64,000 bases of DNA from an uncultured Bacilli bacterium (GCA_934086815.1 CAKOIM010000001.1:78366-142365), one strand, 5' to 3'. Positions 10,501-18,732 are shown, counted from the first letter of the stretch. Translations and numbers: made by a program. The notes: generated by a model from the sequence alone, not told the origin.

Positions 10501-11851
10501 TACAATTTCAACTGTTGCGGAAAAAACAGCATTTGGTTATGTAAGAGGTTATTGTGAAGATGAAAATATTATTTTAAATAATATTGAAATTGAAAGACTT
10601 GCCATAGGTTGTACTGGTGTTAAAAGAACAACAGGTCAACACCCAGGTGGTATAATTGTTATTCCCCAATATATGGATGTATTTGATTTTACTCCATATC
10701 AATATCCAGCGGATGAACCAGATAGTACATGGTATACGACACATTTTGATTTCCATGCTATTCATGATAATGTATTAAAACTAGATATACTAGGACACGA
10801 TGATCCAACAATGCTAAGATATTTAGGGGATACAACTAAAGTTAATATTAAAGATGAAATACCATTTGATGATAAAAATATTATTAGTTTATTTACATCG
10901 CCTAAAGCTTTAGGAGTAACCGAAGATCAAATATTATGTAAAACTGGTACATTAGGTATACCAGAATTTGGTACTAATTTTGCTATTAATATGCTTTTAG
11001 AAATAAAGCCAACGCATTTTGCTGATTTAGTTAAGATTGCAGGTCTTTCTCATGGTACTAATGTTTGGCAAGGTAATGTGCGAGATTTAATTGTTAATAA
11101 TGTTGCATCATTTGATGAAGTCGTAGGTTGTCGTGATGATATTATGGTTAGTTTAATTAATTATGGACTTGATCCATCTCGGGCTTTTAAAATATCTGAA
11201 TTTGTACGTAAAGGAAAAGCTAAAAAAGAACCAGAAACTTGGCTTGAACATGCATCTTATATGCGAGAATTTAGTGTACCTGAGTGGTTTATCGAGTGTT
11301 GTAGAAAAATTGAATATATGTTTCCAAAAGCTCATGCTTGTGCTTATGTTATGATGGCTTATCGTGTAGCTTGGTTTAAAGTTTATTATCCACTTTATTA
11401 TTATTCGGCATTTTTTAGTATAAGAAGAAGTGACTTTGATGTTTTTGCTATGCTTAGAGGCTATGATGGAATAAAACGAAGACTTATTGAAATAAAAGAA
11501 AAAGGCTTTGGGGCAACGGCTAAAGAATCAGCTGTTGCAGATACTCTTGCCGTAGCACTTGAAATGTTAGCCCGAGGATTTACTTTTAAAAATATAGATT
11601 TAGAAAAATCTTTAGCCAAAACATTTTATATTGATGATGAAAATAAATGCTTATATCTTCCTTTTATGGCCGTTGATGGTCTAGGGGAAAATGTAGCAAA
11701 TAAAATAGTTGAAGAAAGAAATATAAAACCATTTTATTGTGTCGAAGACTTTGCAAGTCGTGGCCATGTTAATCAAACAACGGTTAATGCCCTAAGGGAA
11801 CTAGGTGTATTTAAAGGAATGCCCGAATCTGCTCAATTAAGTTTATTTTAA
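7541..11851 (+). CDS. polC: DNA polymerase III PolC-type (with DEDDh proofreading exonuclease)
   Basis: 1436 aa. Exonuclease motifs VVFDTETTGL and AHNAEFDISF, PHP (ELHAHSMMS), a zinc-finger region (CPSCKK...CVCG), and PDIDLNFSGD. ATG abuts the dnaE TAA. Confidence 0.95.
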   Translation: MKDDVKRFLTSINCVDDAFNEISLDKVVLKKQENKFIVYLKSENALEIEDANKLFLSALNGINGVNKCEIVLTYKQVSESVVINYLNYLIDEIIIRRPSLISIKKSKIEINNNIITFYVLNDFEKNDLLNECNNLINQLKRYGLGEFNVDILISLDEQKSLQEEIIHEKESVNIKKEESKIILGSHKDGDVTQLNNILGEVKNIIVEVYIFQKEVIERQGKKGPIFIINLKVSDKTDSYLMKIVRFNEEEFIGINKKLNVGSWYRVHGHIMMDQYLKQMIIDARNIEIIDSKDEVIKDEEENKRVELHAHSMMSMMDGVISASDLVKFASKLGHRALAITDHNVLQAYPDIYNQVNKINKGKEDKDKFKALYGAELNVVDIEANIVFSNKEFKLFDQEYVVFDTETTGLNSGIDQMIEIGAVKVKNNEIIARFDELISCNKPLPKIITELTNISDDMLEGKDNEEIVTKRFLEFVGDLPLVAHNAEFDISFIKSACKKYNLGEFNNTVIDTMGLARNMYPDWRNHKLSTLVKNLKVEWDEDKHHRADYDSEGTSKCFYQMLYELREQNIHTTIDLEKLADKENAIKFARPFHLTVIAKNAIGLKNLFKIISLANTKYLYKGKEPKIPRSDLMSLREGLIIGSGCTNGEVFEKAYGMLDDELYDLMNFYDYIEVNPVNCATHLIGDNKKFHNILEYNGYVSRLVKTAKKMGKLVVASGDVHNLRPDDLIYRKVIIHQKTNGKLHPLNRKDIEIPNMYFMTTKEMLDAFSFLGDELAKEIVVTNPNAIANTVDHLQIIRDKLYTPVLENSEEITKEMVYNKAHEIYGSVLPKIIEERLEAELAGIIGGGYDVIYLIAEKLVKKSNEDGYFVGSRGSVGSSLVATMMGITEVNGLPPHYVCPSCKKSYFEDESGETLANLYPSGYDMPDRKCVCGTKLKKEGQDMPFATFLGFKAEKVPDIDLNFSGDNQADAHNHVKVLFGEDHAYRAGTISTVAEKTAFGYVRGYCEDENIILNNIEIERLAIGCTGVKRTTGQHPGGIIVIPQYMDVFDFTPYQYPADEPDSTWYTTHFDFHAIHDNVLKLDILGHDDPTMLRYLGDTTKVNIKDEIPFDDKNIISLFTSPKALGVTEDQILCKTGTLGIPEFGTNFAINMLLEIKPTHFADLVKIAGLSHGTNVWQGNVRDLIVNNVASFDEVVGCRDDIMVSLINYGLDPSRAFKISEFVRKGKAKKEPETWLEHASYMREFSVPEWFIECCRKIEYMFPKAHACAYVMMAYRVAWFKVYYPLYYYSAFFSIRRSDFDVFAMLRGYDGIKRRLIEIKEKGFGATAKESAVADTLAVALEMLARGFTFKNIDLEKSLAKTFYIDDENKCLYLPFMAVDGLGENVANKIVEERNIKPFYCVEDFASRGHVNQTTVNALRELGVFKGMPESAQLSLF

Positions 11852-11853
11852 TT

Positions 11854-11937
11854 ATTCCTTTGAAAAATATCGATTTGAGCATCAATATTCCTTTGAAAAA
11901 TATCGATTTGAGCATCAATATTCCTTTGAAAAATATT
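11854..11937. repeat. 33-bp tandem direct repeat, 2.5 copies
   Basis: ATTCCTTTGAAAAATATCGATTTGAGCATCAAT occurs at 11854-11886 and 11887-11919 (identical), plus a partial third copy at 11920-11937. Confidence 0.95.
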
Positions 11938-12002
11938 GGCAAGGCTGAAAAATACTAGACAATTTCTAGCTTTAATGATATTATTTATATGGAGGATAAA
12001 CT

Positions 12003-13301
12003 ATGTTAAAGAGAAAAGCTTATGATAAATTAAAAATTTGGAAAGATACTCATAGAAATAATTGTTTAATGGTTATTGGGGCAAGGCAAGTAGGAAAAAC
12101 CTACATAATAAGAAAATTTGCTCAAGAAAATTATGAAAAAATTTATGAAATAAACTTTATTGCAGAAGAAAATTATAAAAAAATATTTGATGAAAATTTA
12201 GATGTTGAAACTATTTTAAGAAAAATGTCTTTAAGTGTACCAAACTTTCAAATAATACCAGGTAAAACATTAATCTTTTTAGATGAATTACAAGATTGTC
12301 CGAATGCTATTACAGCTTTAAAATTTTTAGCTCAAGATGATCGCTTTGATTGCATTGCATCTGGATCAATGTTAGGTATGGCATATAAAAGAGTAACTTC
12401 ATTTCCTGTCGGATATGTTGACAGATTATATATGGACTCTTTAGATTTTGAAGAATTTTGTTGGGCAAATGGATTAAGTGAAGAAGCAATTAGTTATTTA
12501 AAAGAAGATTTTGAAAATAAAAAAAGTGTTTCTTTAGTAGTTCATAAAAGAATGATGGACTTATTTAAACAATACATTGTTCTTGGAGGAATGCCTGATG
12601 TTATTAATGAATTTAATTTAACTCAAAATTATAATTTAGCTTTAACTATTCAAAAAAGAATATTAAATGATTACCGTGATGATATTGTTAAATATGCGGA
12701 TGCAAGCGAAAAATCTAAAATACGATCTTGTTTTGATAGTATTCCAACACAATTATCTCGGGAAAACAAAAAATTTAAATATGGGATAGTTGAAAAAAAT
12801 AGTAATAGAGAAAAGTATTATGGTGCTTTACAATGGTTATTTGATGCAGGGATAATTAATTTTTGTTACAATTTAAATAACCCAGAATTACCTTTGGAAG
12901 GAAATAAAATTGCTGATTGTTTTAAAGTTTATATGCGTGATACTGGTTTATTAATGGCTATGCTAGATGATGGCGCAAACTTTGATGTTATGAATGGTAA
13001 TTTAGGTATTTATAAAGGTGCTATTTATGAAAATATTATCGCAGATATATTTCATAAATCAGGAAAGAAACTATATTATTTTGAAAAAAATTCTACTTTA
13101 GAAATTGATTTCTTTTTAAGGTATGAAGGGGTAGCAACTGCAATAGAAGTTAAGTCCGCGGATAATACAAAATCTAAATCTTTAAAATCAGTAATGACTA
13201 AATGGAACGTCGAAAAAGGAATAAAACTTTCTAGTAAAAATATAGGTATAAATGAAAATGGAGTAATAAGTATGCCTCTTTATATGAGTATGTTTTTATA
13301 A
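12003..13301 (+). CDS. AAA-family ATPase with DUF4143 C-terminal domain (AAA_14/DUF4143 type)
   Basis: Walker A GARQVGKT, Walker B LIFLDELQ, and the typical ~430-aa architecture of this widespread orphan ATPase family. Confidence 0.75.
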   Translation: MLKRKAYDKLKIWKDTHRNNCLMVIGARQVGKTYIIRKFAQENYEKIYEINFIAEENYKKIFDENLDVETILRKMSLSVPNFQIIPGKTLIFLDELQDCPNAITALKFLAQDDRFDCIASGSMLGMAYKRVTSFPVGYVDRLYMDSLDFEEFCWANGLSEEAISYLKEDFENKKSVSLVVHKRMMDLFKQYIVLGGMPDVINEFNLTQNYNLALTIQKRILNDYRDDIVKYADASEKSKIRSCFDSIPTQLSRENKKFKYGIVEKNSNREKYYGALQWLFDAGIINFCYNLNNPELPLEGNKIADCFKVYMRDTGLLMAMLDDGANFDVMNGNLGIYKGAIYENIIADIFHKSGKKLYYFEKNSTLEIDFFLRYEGVATAIEVKSADNTKSKSLKSVMTKWNVEKGIKLSSKNIGINENGVISMPLYMSMFL

Positions 13302-13354
13302 AATAGGGCTAGACATTTATTATTATATGTAGTATATTTTAGTTACAAAAGAAA

Positions 13355-13533
13355 AAAAGAAGTGATTCCAGCTTTAAGTGGAACTTAAAAAAGTGGTGAA
13401 ACCAGCCGAAAATGGTATTTTATAAAGTGGTGATTCCAGCCGTTATATGGAAATTAAAAAAGCAGTGATTCCCACTATGAGAGGAAATTGAAAAAGCGGT
13501 GATTCCGACCATTAACAGTGAAATTGAAAAAGT
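13355..13533. repeat. Five degenerate tandem repeats, period 34-35 bp, core GTGATTCCAGC
   Basis: Cores start at 13362, 13396, 13430, 13465 and 13499. Unit consensus: AAAAAG-nn-GTGATTCCAGCC-n8-TGGAAATT. Confidence 0.85.
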
Positions 13534-13534
13534 A

Positions 13535-13580
13535 AAAACTAAAATTGTTCTGATAGACTTGAACAATTTTAGTTTTTTTT
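13535..13580 (+). terminator. Strong rho-independent terminator
   Basis: Perfect 16-bp stem AAAACTAAAATTGTTC (13535-13550) / GAACAATTTTAGTTTT (13561-13576), 10-nt loop, T-run to 13580. Confidence 0.8.
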
Positions 13581-13611
13581 ATATAATTTATTTAGAATAA
13601 GGAATGATTAT

Positions 13612-15159
13612 ATGAGTAATAAAAAGAAGCTAATTATTTTAGGAGTTTTATCAGTATTAATTATTTTAGTTTTAGTTCTTGGTATAACTAGAGCTTTTAT
13701 GAAACCAATAGAAGAAACTAGCTCTATAACAGAAGTAAGTTTAAGTAGTTGTGCAAAAATAAGACTTACTGGTACTAATTCAATTAATTTAAGTAATAGT
13801 TATCCTATGAGTAGAAATAAAGGATTACAAACTACACCATATAGTTTTACTGTAAGTAGTTCATGTGATACAACCGTAGGTTTTAATTTATATATTGCAA
13901 CACTTAATACTAATACTTTAGATGCTAGTGAAATACATTATATTGTTACTAATAAAGGAAGTAAAGATGCTTTAGTAGAGGGAGTATTAAGTAATGCTTT
14001 AGAAGATTCAAGTAGTTTTAGTGATAGTGAAAAAACAGAACTTAATACTGGTCTTCATGGAACATTTAGTAAAATTTATAAAATACATAATGAAAGTATT
14101 CCTTTAAGTGGAAGTAAAGATTATGATTTATATTTATTCATAGATGAAAATTCTACGAATACTTCCCAAGGAAAGACTTTCAATGCTGGGGTGGCTATTA
14201 AGTCTTATGATAGAGAACCAGATCCGCTAACAATAGCAGATTATTGTAATAATGGTGATAATTTAGCTTCGTGTATAAAAACATTTGGAAATCAAGGAAG
14301 TGAAATATCCAATATTTATATTCATAATAGTTCTTTAACAAATGGAGCTAAAGATAACTCATACCGTTATGCAGGTCCAAGTGATACTACAAATAACTTT
14401 GTATGCTTTGGATATGACTCTCAAGACGGAAGTTGCCCAAGTGATAATTTATATAGAATCATCGGAGTATTTGGTGATGAAGTAAAACTAATAAAGTATG
14501 ATTATGCAAAATCAATATTATTAGGAACAGATGGGGATTATGGACGAACATTTCAAGCAGAAGGATTCGGAGGAACATATAAAGGACAAAACTCTAAATC
14601 AGAAATAGGTGCATATTATTGGAATAGAAATGGTACAAATACATGGAGTGAAAGCCAACTAAATACAGTTAATTTAAATAAAAATTATATAAATAATATC
14701 GGAACAAAATGGTCAGAAAAAATATCAGACCATATATGGAAAGTTGGAGGAAACACTTGGGATAATATATATAACCAAACAGCTCCAACAGCATATCAAA
14801 ATGAAATAAATAGTCCAGCAACAAATAAGACCGTAAATGCAAAAGTAGGATTAATGTATGTAAGTGACTATGGATATGCAGCATCATCTAGTTCATGGTC
14901 TACATTATTAAAAAGTTATGATAATGTTACAGCAAATAATTGGATGTATATGGGTCTTTATGAATGGACATTAACGCCTCGTGGGGTCGCTTCGAACGCT
15001 GCTTTCTGTGTGGACGACCCGGGCTATGTCTACACCAACGATGTCTACGACGACCCTGTCCACGGTAGCAATGCGGCGCGCCCAGTCCTTTATCTGAAGT
15101 CAACAATAGGCTATGGCGGAGGAAGCGGCACGGCCGCGAAACCGATTTTGGTGAAATAG
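13612..15159 (+). CDS. Signal-anchored surface protein, paralog of 47765-48976; last ~60 codons are GC-rich
   Basis: N-terminal TM (LIILGVLSVLIILVLVLGITRAFMKP). Shares YRYAG..NNFVCF...LYRIIGVFGDEVKLI and ARPVLYLKS...GSGT with the paralog's YYFRG..NNFVTF...WKIVKINGDGSVKLV and VRPVINITK...GSGT. AGGA RBS. Confidence 0.7.
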   Translation: MSNKKKLIILGVLSVLIILVLVLGITRAFMKPIEETSSITEVSLSSCAKIRLTGTNSINLSNSYPMSRNKGLQTTPYSFTVSSSCDTTVGFNLYIATLNTNTLDASEIHYIVTNKGSKDALVEGVLSNALEDSSSFSDSEKTELNTGLHGTFSKIYKIHNESIPLSGSKDYDLYLFIDENSTNTSQGKTFNAGVAIKSYDREPDPLTIADYCNNGDNLASCIKTFGNQGSEISNIYIHNSSLTNGAKDNSYRYAGPSDTTNNFVCFGYDSQDGSCPSDNLYRIIGVFGDEVKLIKYDYAKSILLGTDGDYGRTFQAEGFGGTYKGQNSKSEIGAYYWNRNGTNTWSESQLNTVNLNKNYINNIGTKWSEKISDHIWKVGGNTWDNIYNQTAPTAYQNEINSPATNKTVNAKVGLMYVSDYGYAASSSSWSTLLKSYDNVTANNWMYMGLYEWTLTPRGVASNAAFCVDDPGYVYTNDVYDDPVHGSNAARPVLYLKSTIGYGGGSGTAAKPILVK

Positions 15160-15303
15160 TGACGGAGCAAGGCGAAATCTTCGCACCCTTGATGGGACAT
15201 GGTGAGTCACGAAAAAAAATAGGCGAAGCGAAAAAGCTTGAGAGGTCGAAAAATATGGAACGCGGTGAAAAGGTGTGAGAAACTAAAAGCGCGCTATGTA
15301 TAT

Positions 15304-15351
15304 GAAGCCCTGTATGGGCAGGGCTTCCAAAATTAGGCGAAGCCTAATTTT
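15304..15351 (+). terminator. Two consecutive GC-rich hairpins at the end of the GC-rich patch
   Basis: GAAGCCCTG-tatggg-CAGGGCTTC (15304-15327) and AAAATTAGGC-gaa-GCCTAATTTT (15329-15351). Confidence 0.55.
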
Positions 15352-15389
15352 GTTGGAAAAAATAAAGAAAAAGAAGAAAGAGGGATAAA

Positions 15390-15863
15390 ATGAATGAAAG
15401 ATATTTACCGATAGGTAGTGTAGTTGAACTTAAAAATGGAAAGAAAGTAATGGTCATAGGTTATTATTCCGTGGAATATGACAATGATATTGTTGTATAT
15501 GATTATTCGGGATGTGCTTATCCGGAAGGAATAATGTTAAAATCTAGTTATTGTTCATTTAATCATAATGATATTAAGAAAGTTGATTTTGTAGGTTATG
15601 TGGAAGATGCTTACCTTAAATTAAATAAAACTTTAAATATTATTGATAATGATTTAGTTATTGAAGATGATATAGAAGAACAAAAGTTGGATGATAATAA
15701 TGTTGGTTTATTGGAAATTGAAAAATTAGAACCAGTAAATGAATTAGAAAGTATTAATTATGATACATTAGAAAGCGATAAGAAAGAAGAAAAAGAAAAA
15801 CCAGAAGAATTTGTAATTCCCCATTATGAGTTTGATGAAAGTGGTATAATAATTAAAGATTAG
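15390..15863 (+). CDS. DUF4176-like protein with acidic C-terminal tail
   Basis: N-terminus MNERYLPIGSVVELKNGKKVMVIGY resembles the DUF4176 signature (family often seen near type VII secretion genes). The C-terminal half is D/E-rich. Confidence 0.5.
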   Translation: MNERYLPIGSVVELKNGKKVMVIGYYSVEYDNDIVVYDYSGCAYPEGIMLKSSYCSFNHNDIKKVDFVGYVEDAYLKLNKTLNIIDNDLVIEDDIEEQKLDDNNVGLLEIEKLEPVNELESINYDTLESDKKEEKEKPEEFVIPHYEFDESGIIIKD

Positions 15864-15914
15864 TTTGACAATCATGCTTATATTAAGTATGATTGTTTTT
15901 GATAGGTGGTGCTT

Positions 15915-16586
15915 ATGAAAGTATTAGTTACCGGTGGTTCTGGAACGTTAGGAAAAAAAATTGTTGAACTGTTTTTAAATGAAGGTTATGAAGTAATATA
16001 TACATATTATAAAAATAATGTAAGTATTAAGGGTGCTAAAGGAATATATTGTGATGTAAGTAATGAAGAAGATGTTAAAAAAATATTTTTAGAAATAGAT
16101 AATTTAGATGTAATTATAAATAATGCTGGTATAAGTATTGATAATACATTGGAAGATAAAAGTAGTGATGAATTTAGAAAAGTGTTGGATACTAATTTAG
16201 TTGGTATTTTTAATGTAATAAAATATGGAAGTAAAAAAATGAAAAAGGGAAGTATTATAAATATTGCTAGTACTAATGGTATTGATACAGGTTATGAGTT
16301 AAGTATGGATTATGATGCTTCTAAAGCGGGAGTAATTAGTTTAACACATAATATGGCTAAATGCTTAGCTCCGAATATAAGAGTTAATTGTGTAGCTCCG
16401 GGGTGGATAAATACTAATATGAATAAAGATATGTATCCGCCATTTAAAAATGAAGAAGAAGGTAAGATATTACTTAAAAGATTTGCTGATGCAAGTGAAG
16501 TAGCCGAAGTAGTATATTTTCTTGCAAGTTCTAAAGCTAGTTATATAAATGATGCTATTATAAGAGTAGATGGAGGAATAAGATGA
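15915..16586 (+). CDS. Short-chain dehydrogenase/reductase (FabG-like)
   Basis: TGGSGTLG cofactor motif, NNAG, YDASKAG catalytic motif. Start moved to ATG 15915 behind RBS AGGTGG (15904-15909). Ends in TGA. Confidence 0.8.
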   Translation: MKVLVTGGSGTLGKKIVELFLNEGYEVIYTYYKNNVSIKGAKGIYCDVSNEEDVKKIFLEIDNLDVIINNAGISIDNTLEDKSSDEFRKVLDTNLVGIFNVIKYGSKKMKKGSIINIASTNGIDTGYELSMDYDASKAGVISLTHNMAKCLAPNIRVNCVAPGWINTNMNKDMYPPFKNEEEGKILLKRFADASEVAEVVYFLASSKASYINDAIIRVDGGIR

Positions 16587-17773
16587 TGCTTGATGATGTA
16601 TATAAACAAATAGATGAAATATGCTATTTTAATAGTAAAAAGGTAATTGAAGCTTTTTGGCATAATAATGTTAGTGAAGCTTGCTTTAATTCTACTTGTG
16701 GTTATGGATATGGGGATTTTGGAAGGGATACATTAGAAAAAGTATATAGTGAAATATTTAAAGCTGAAGATGCTTTGGTGAGAAATCAATTTATATCGGG
16801 AACTCATGCTATTAGTACGGCTCTTTTTGCTTTGCTTAGACCGGGAGATACACTTTTATCAATTACTGGTAAACCATATGATACATTAGATAGTGTAATA
16901 GGACTTAATGATAATCCAAGTAGCTTAAAAGCATTTGGCATTAGTTATGAACAAATAGATTTAATTGATAGTGAGTTTGATTTAGAAAAAATAAAAAATA
17001 GAATTAAAAATGGTAATGTTAAAGTTGTACATATTCAAAGAAGTGTAGGGTATGCAAATAGAGATAGTATAAGTATTGAAAAGTTAGAACATATAATAAA
17101 AATTATTAAAGAAATAAATAAAGATATAATAGTGTTTGTAGATAATTGTTATTGTGAATTTGTCACTAAAAAAGAACCAATTGAAGTTGGAGCAGATATT
17201 TGTGCTGGTTCTTTAATTAAAAATTTAGGGGCTGGTATAGCTAGTAATGGGGCATATATAGTTGGAAAAAAGAATTTAATACATTTATGTAGTGAAAGAT
17301 TAAATGTTGCCGGGGAAGCTAAGGAAGTGGGTCCTAGTTTAGGGGCTAATAAAAGTTTATATCAAGGATTATATATGGCTCCGAGTGTTGTTGCTAGTGC
17401 TTTAAAAACAGTGGTGTATGCGGCATATAAATTAGAAAACTTAGGAATTGAGGTAAGTCCAAGATGGAATGAAGATAGAAGCGATATAGTTTTAAAAATT
17501 ATATTTAAAGAAAAAAACAAACTTTTAAAGTTTGTCGAGGGTATTCAAATGGGTAGTGCTATTGATAGTAATGTTTTACCAGTTCCAACTAAAATGCCAG
17601 GGTATGATGATGAAATAATTATGGCATCAGGTTCATTTACCCAAGGTTCATCAATAGAAATATCTTGCGATGGGCCCTTAAGAGAACCATATATTGCGTA
17701 CCTACAAGGAAGTTTAGCTTTTGAATATGGAAAAATTGCTATTGATAAAGCAATAGATAATTTAACGAAGTAG
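16583..17773 (+). CDS. Methionine gamma-lyase family protein (YnbB / 'aluminium resistance' family, PLP-dependent)
   Basis: GYGYGDFGRDTLEKVYSEIFKAEDALVRNQFISGTHAIS matches the YnbB-family N-terminal signature. Overlaps the SDR stop by 4 nt. Confidence 0.7.
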   Translation: MMLDDVYKQIDEICYFNSKKVIEAFWHNNVSEACFNSTCGYGYGDFGRDTLEKVYSEIFKAEDALVRNQFISGTHAISTALFALLRPGDTLLSITGKPYDTLDSVIGLNDNPSSLKAFGISYEQIDLIDSEFDLEKIKNRIKNGNVKVVHIQRSVGYANRDSISIEKLEHIIKIIKEINKDIIVFVDNCYCEFVTKKEPIEVGADICAGSLIKNLGAGIASNGAYIVGKKNLIHLCSERLNVAGEAKEVGPSLGANKSLYQGLYMAPSVVASALKTVVYAAYKLENLGIEVSPRWNEDRSDIVLKIIFKEKNKLLKFVEGIQMGSAIDSNVLPVPTKMPGYDDEIIMASGSFTQGSSIEISCDGPLREPYIAYLQGSLAFEYGKIAIDKAIDNLTK

Positions 17774-18214
17774 TTTTAAATTAAATTCAATTTCGGTTGA
17801 ATTTTTTTCTTTGTCTTTAAATCTTACTAGTTTTAAGGCATTACCTAAGGCCATTAAATAACATAATTCTTCTATATCTTCACTCCATTTAGAATTATTT
17901 TCTAAATTACTTAGTTCTTCGAATGTCTTAGCATCTTTGATTAAATTAATTAATCTATATATTTGATTTTCATAAAAATTTAATGCAAGTGGATCAAAAC
18001 AATAATCTACTTTGTATGCTTCGCCAATTATGTTATTGCGGTTTTTCCAAGCATCATGTTCTTTACAAAGAGAATTTTTAAATATTAATAAAACTAATTC
18101 TTTAAAGCGTCTACTTGTTATTTTTTCAGATAACAATTGATATAAAATTATACCATTAATATAATAACGATTATTGTTTTCAAAGGCATTTATTATAAGA
18201 TTTCTTTTCTCCAT
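17762..18214 (-). CDS. Hypothetical protein (150 aa)
   Basis: ORF with a GGGGGA RBS on the - strand. No recognisable motif. Its 3' end overlaps the convergent ynbB-like gene by 12 nt. Confidence 0.45.
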   Translation of the reverse strand: MEKRNLIINAFENNNRYYINGIILYQLLSEKITSRRFKELVLLIFKNSLCKEHDAWKNRNNIIGEAYKVDYCFDPLALNFYENQIYRLINLIKDAKTFEELSNLENNSKWSEDIEELCYLMALGNALKLVRFKDKEKNSTEIEFNLKLLR

Positions 18215-18504
18215 GTGTACTTCCCCCTTAAAATTTTTAAATTATTTTAGCATAAGTTAAATTATATGTCAAAATTAGCAGTTATATTGTTAAACCTTTT
18301 TTAAAAATTTGTTGAAAGTTTATTGAAAAAAATTATTTTCTTGTGACATTTCTTACGACAAATAATCATATTACTAAAAGCTTTTGCTAGGATAATACGA
18401 GGAAAATACGAGGGAATTTCATAGTTTTCTTACGATGTTTTCTTGTGACATTTCTTACGACATGGTATAATTGGATTACAAGAATTATACGAGGAGGTAA
18501 AATT

Positions 18505-18639
18505 ATGTTAGATGTAATTGAAGATGTAAGAAATGAATTTAAAGTTAAGTTGACAGATAAGTTTGAAGAAGAAGTTTTGTTATTTTTTTTCTTCTTTTTC
18601 GATTCTATGAACATCAATTCTACCAATGACTTTAATTAA
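18505..18639 (+). CDS. Candidate 44-aa small protein (acidic helix followed by an F6 run)
   Basis: GGAGG RBS (18493-18497) 7 nt before ATG 18505. Promoter-like TTGTGA-17-TATAAT with TG extension at 18443-18471. No homology recognised. Confidence 0.25.
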   Translation: MLDVIEDVRNEFKVKLTDKFEEEVLLFFFFFFDSMNINSTNDFN

Positions 18640-18699
18640 CTTTCATTTTGTTTTATCACAAATTAATCATAATTAAATATCAAAATTAGCAGTTATATA

Positions 18700-18728
18700 T
18701 TGACAAGTGCTAAGCATAATATTATAAT
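18700..18728 (+). promoter_or_regulatory. hrcA/dnaK operon sigma-A promoter
   Basis: TTGACA (18700-18705), 17-nt spacer, TATAAT (18723-18728). Confidence 0.75.
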
Positions 18729-18732
18729 AATG

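Noticed and set aside
10574-11354. ORFs 10574-10765(-), 11153-11335(-), 11163-11354(+) inside polC
   Set aside because: They are short and embedded in or antisense to a strongly supported 1436-aa PolC frame, with low-complexity translations and no RBS.
13355-13533. Possible CRISPR array (regularly spaced repeats)
   Set aside because: The whole period is only 34-35 bp, the repeats are degenerate, the spacers would be ~10-15 bp, and there are no cas genes or leader. This is not CRISPR architecture.
14669-14887. Other short antisense ORFs (14669-14887, 31441-31623, 43638-43859, 44870-45088, 49079-49261)
   Set aside because: All are embedded antisense in, or overlap the starts of, longer and better-supported genes. 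They show compositional artefacts.
15160-15300. 28-aa ORF (MGHGESRKKIGEAKKLERSKNMERGEKV) inside the GC-rich 3' UTR patch
   Set aside because: It has no RBS and is very short. It is more likely a by-product of the foreign GC-rich sequence. Noted only as part of the GC-patch finding.
18387-18639. ORFs 18387-18626(-) and full-length 18445-18639(+) upstream of hrcA
   Set aside because: The minus-strand ORF has no RBS and a K/S low-complexity translation. The plus ORF's first 20 codons span the promoter itself. Only the RBS-preceded 44-aa sub-ORF (18505-18639) is kept, at low confidence.
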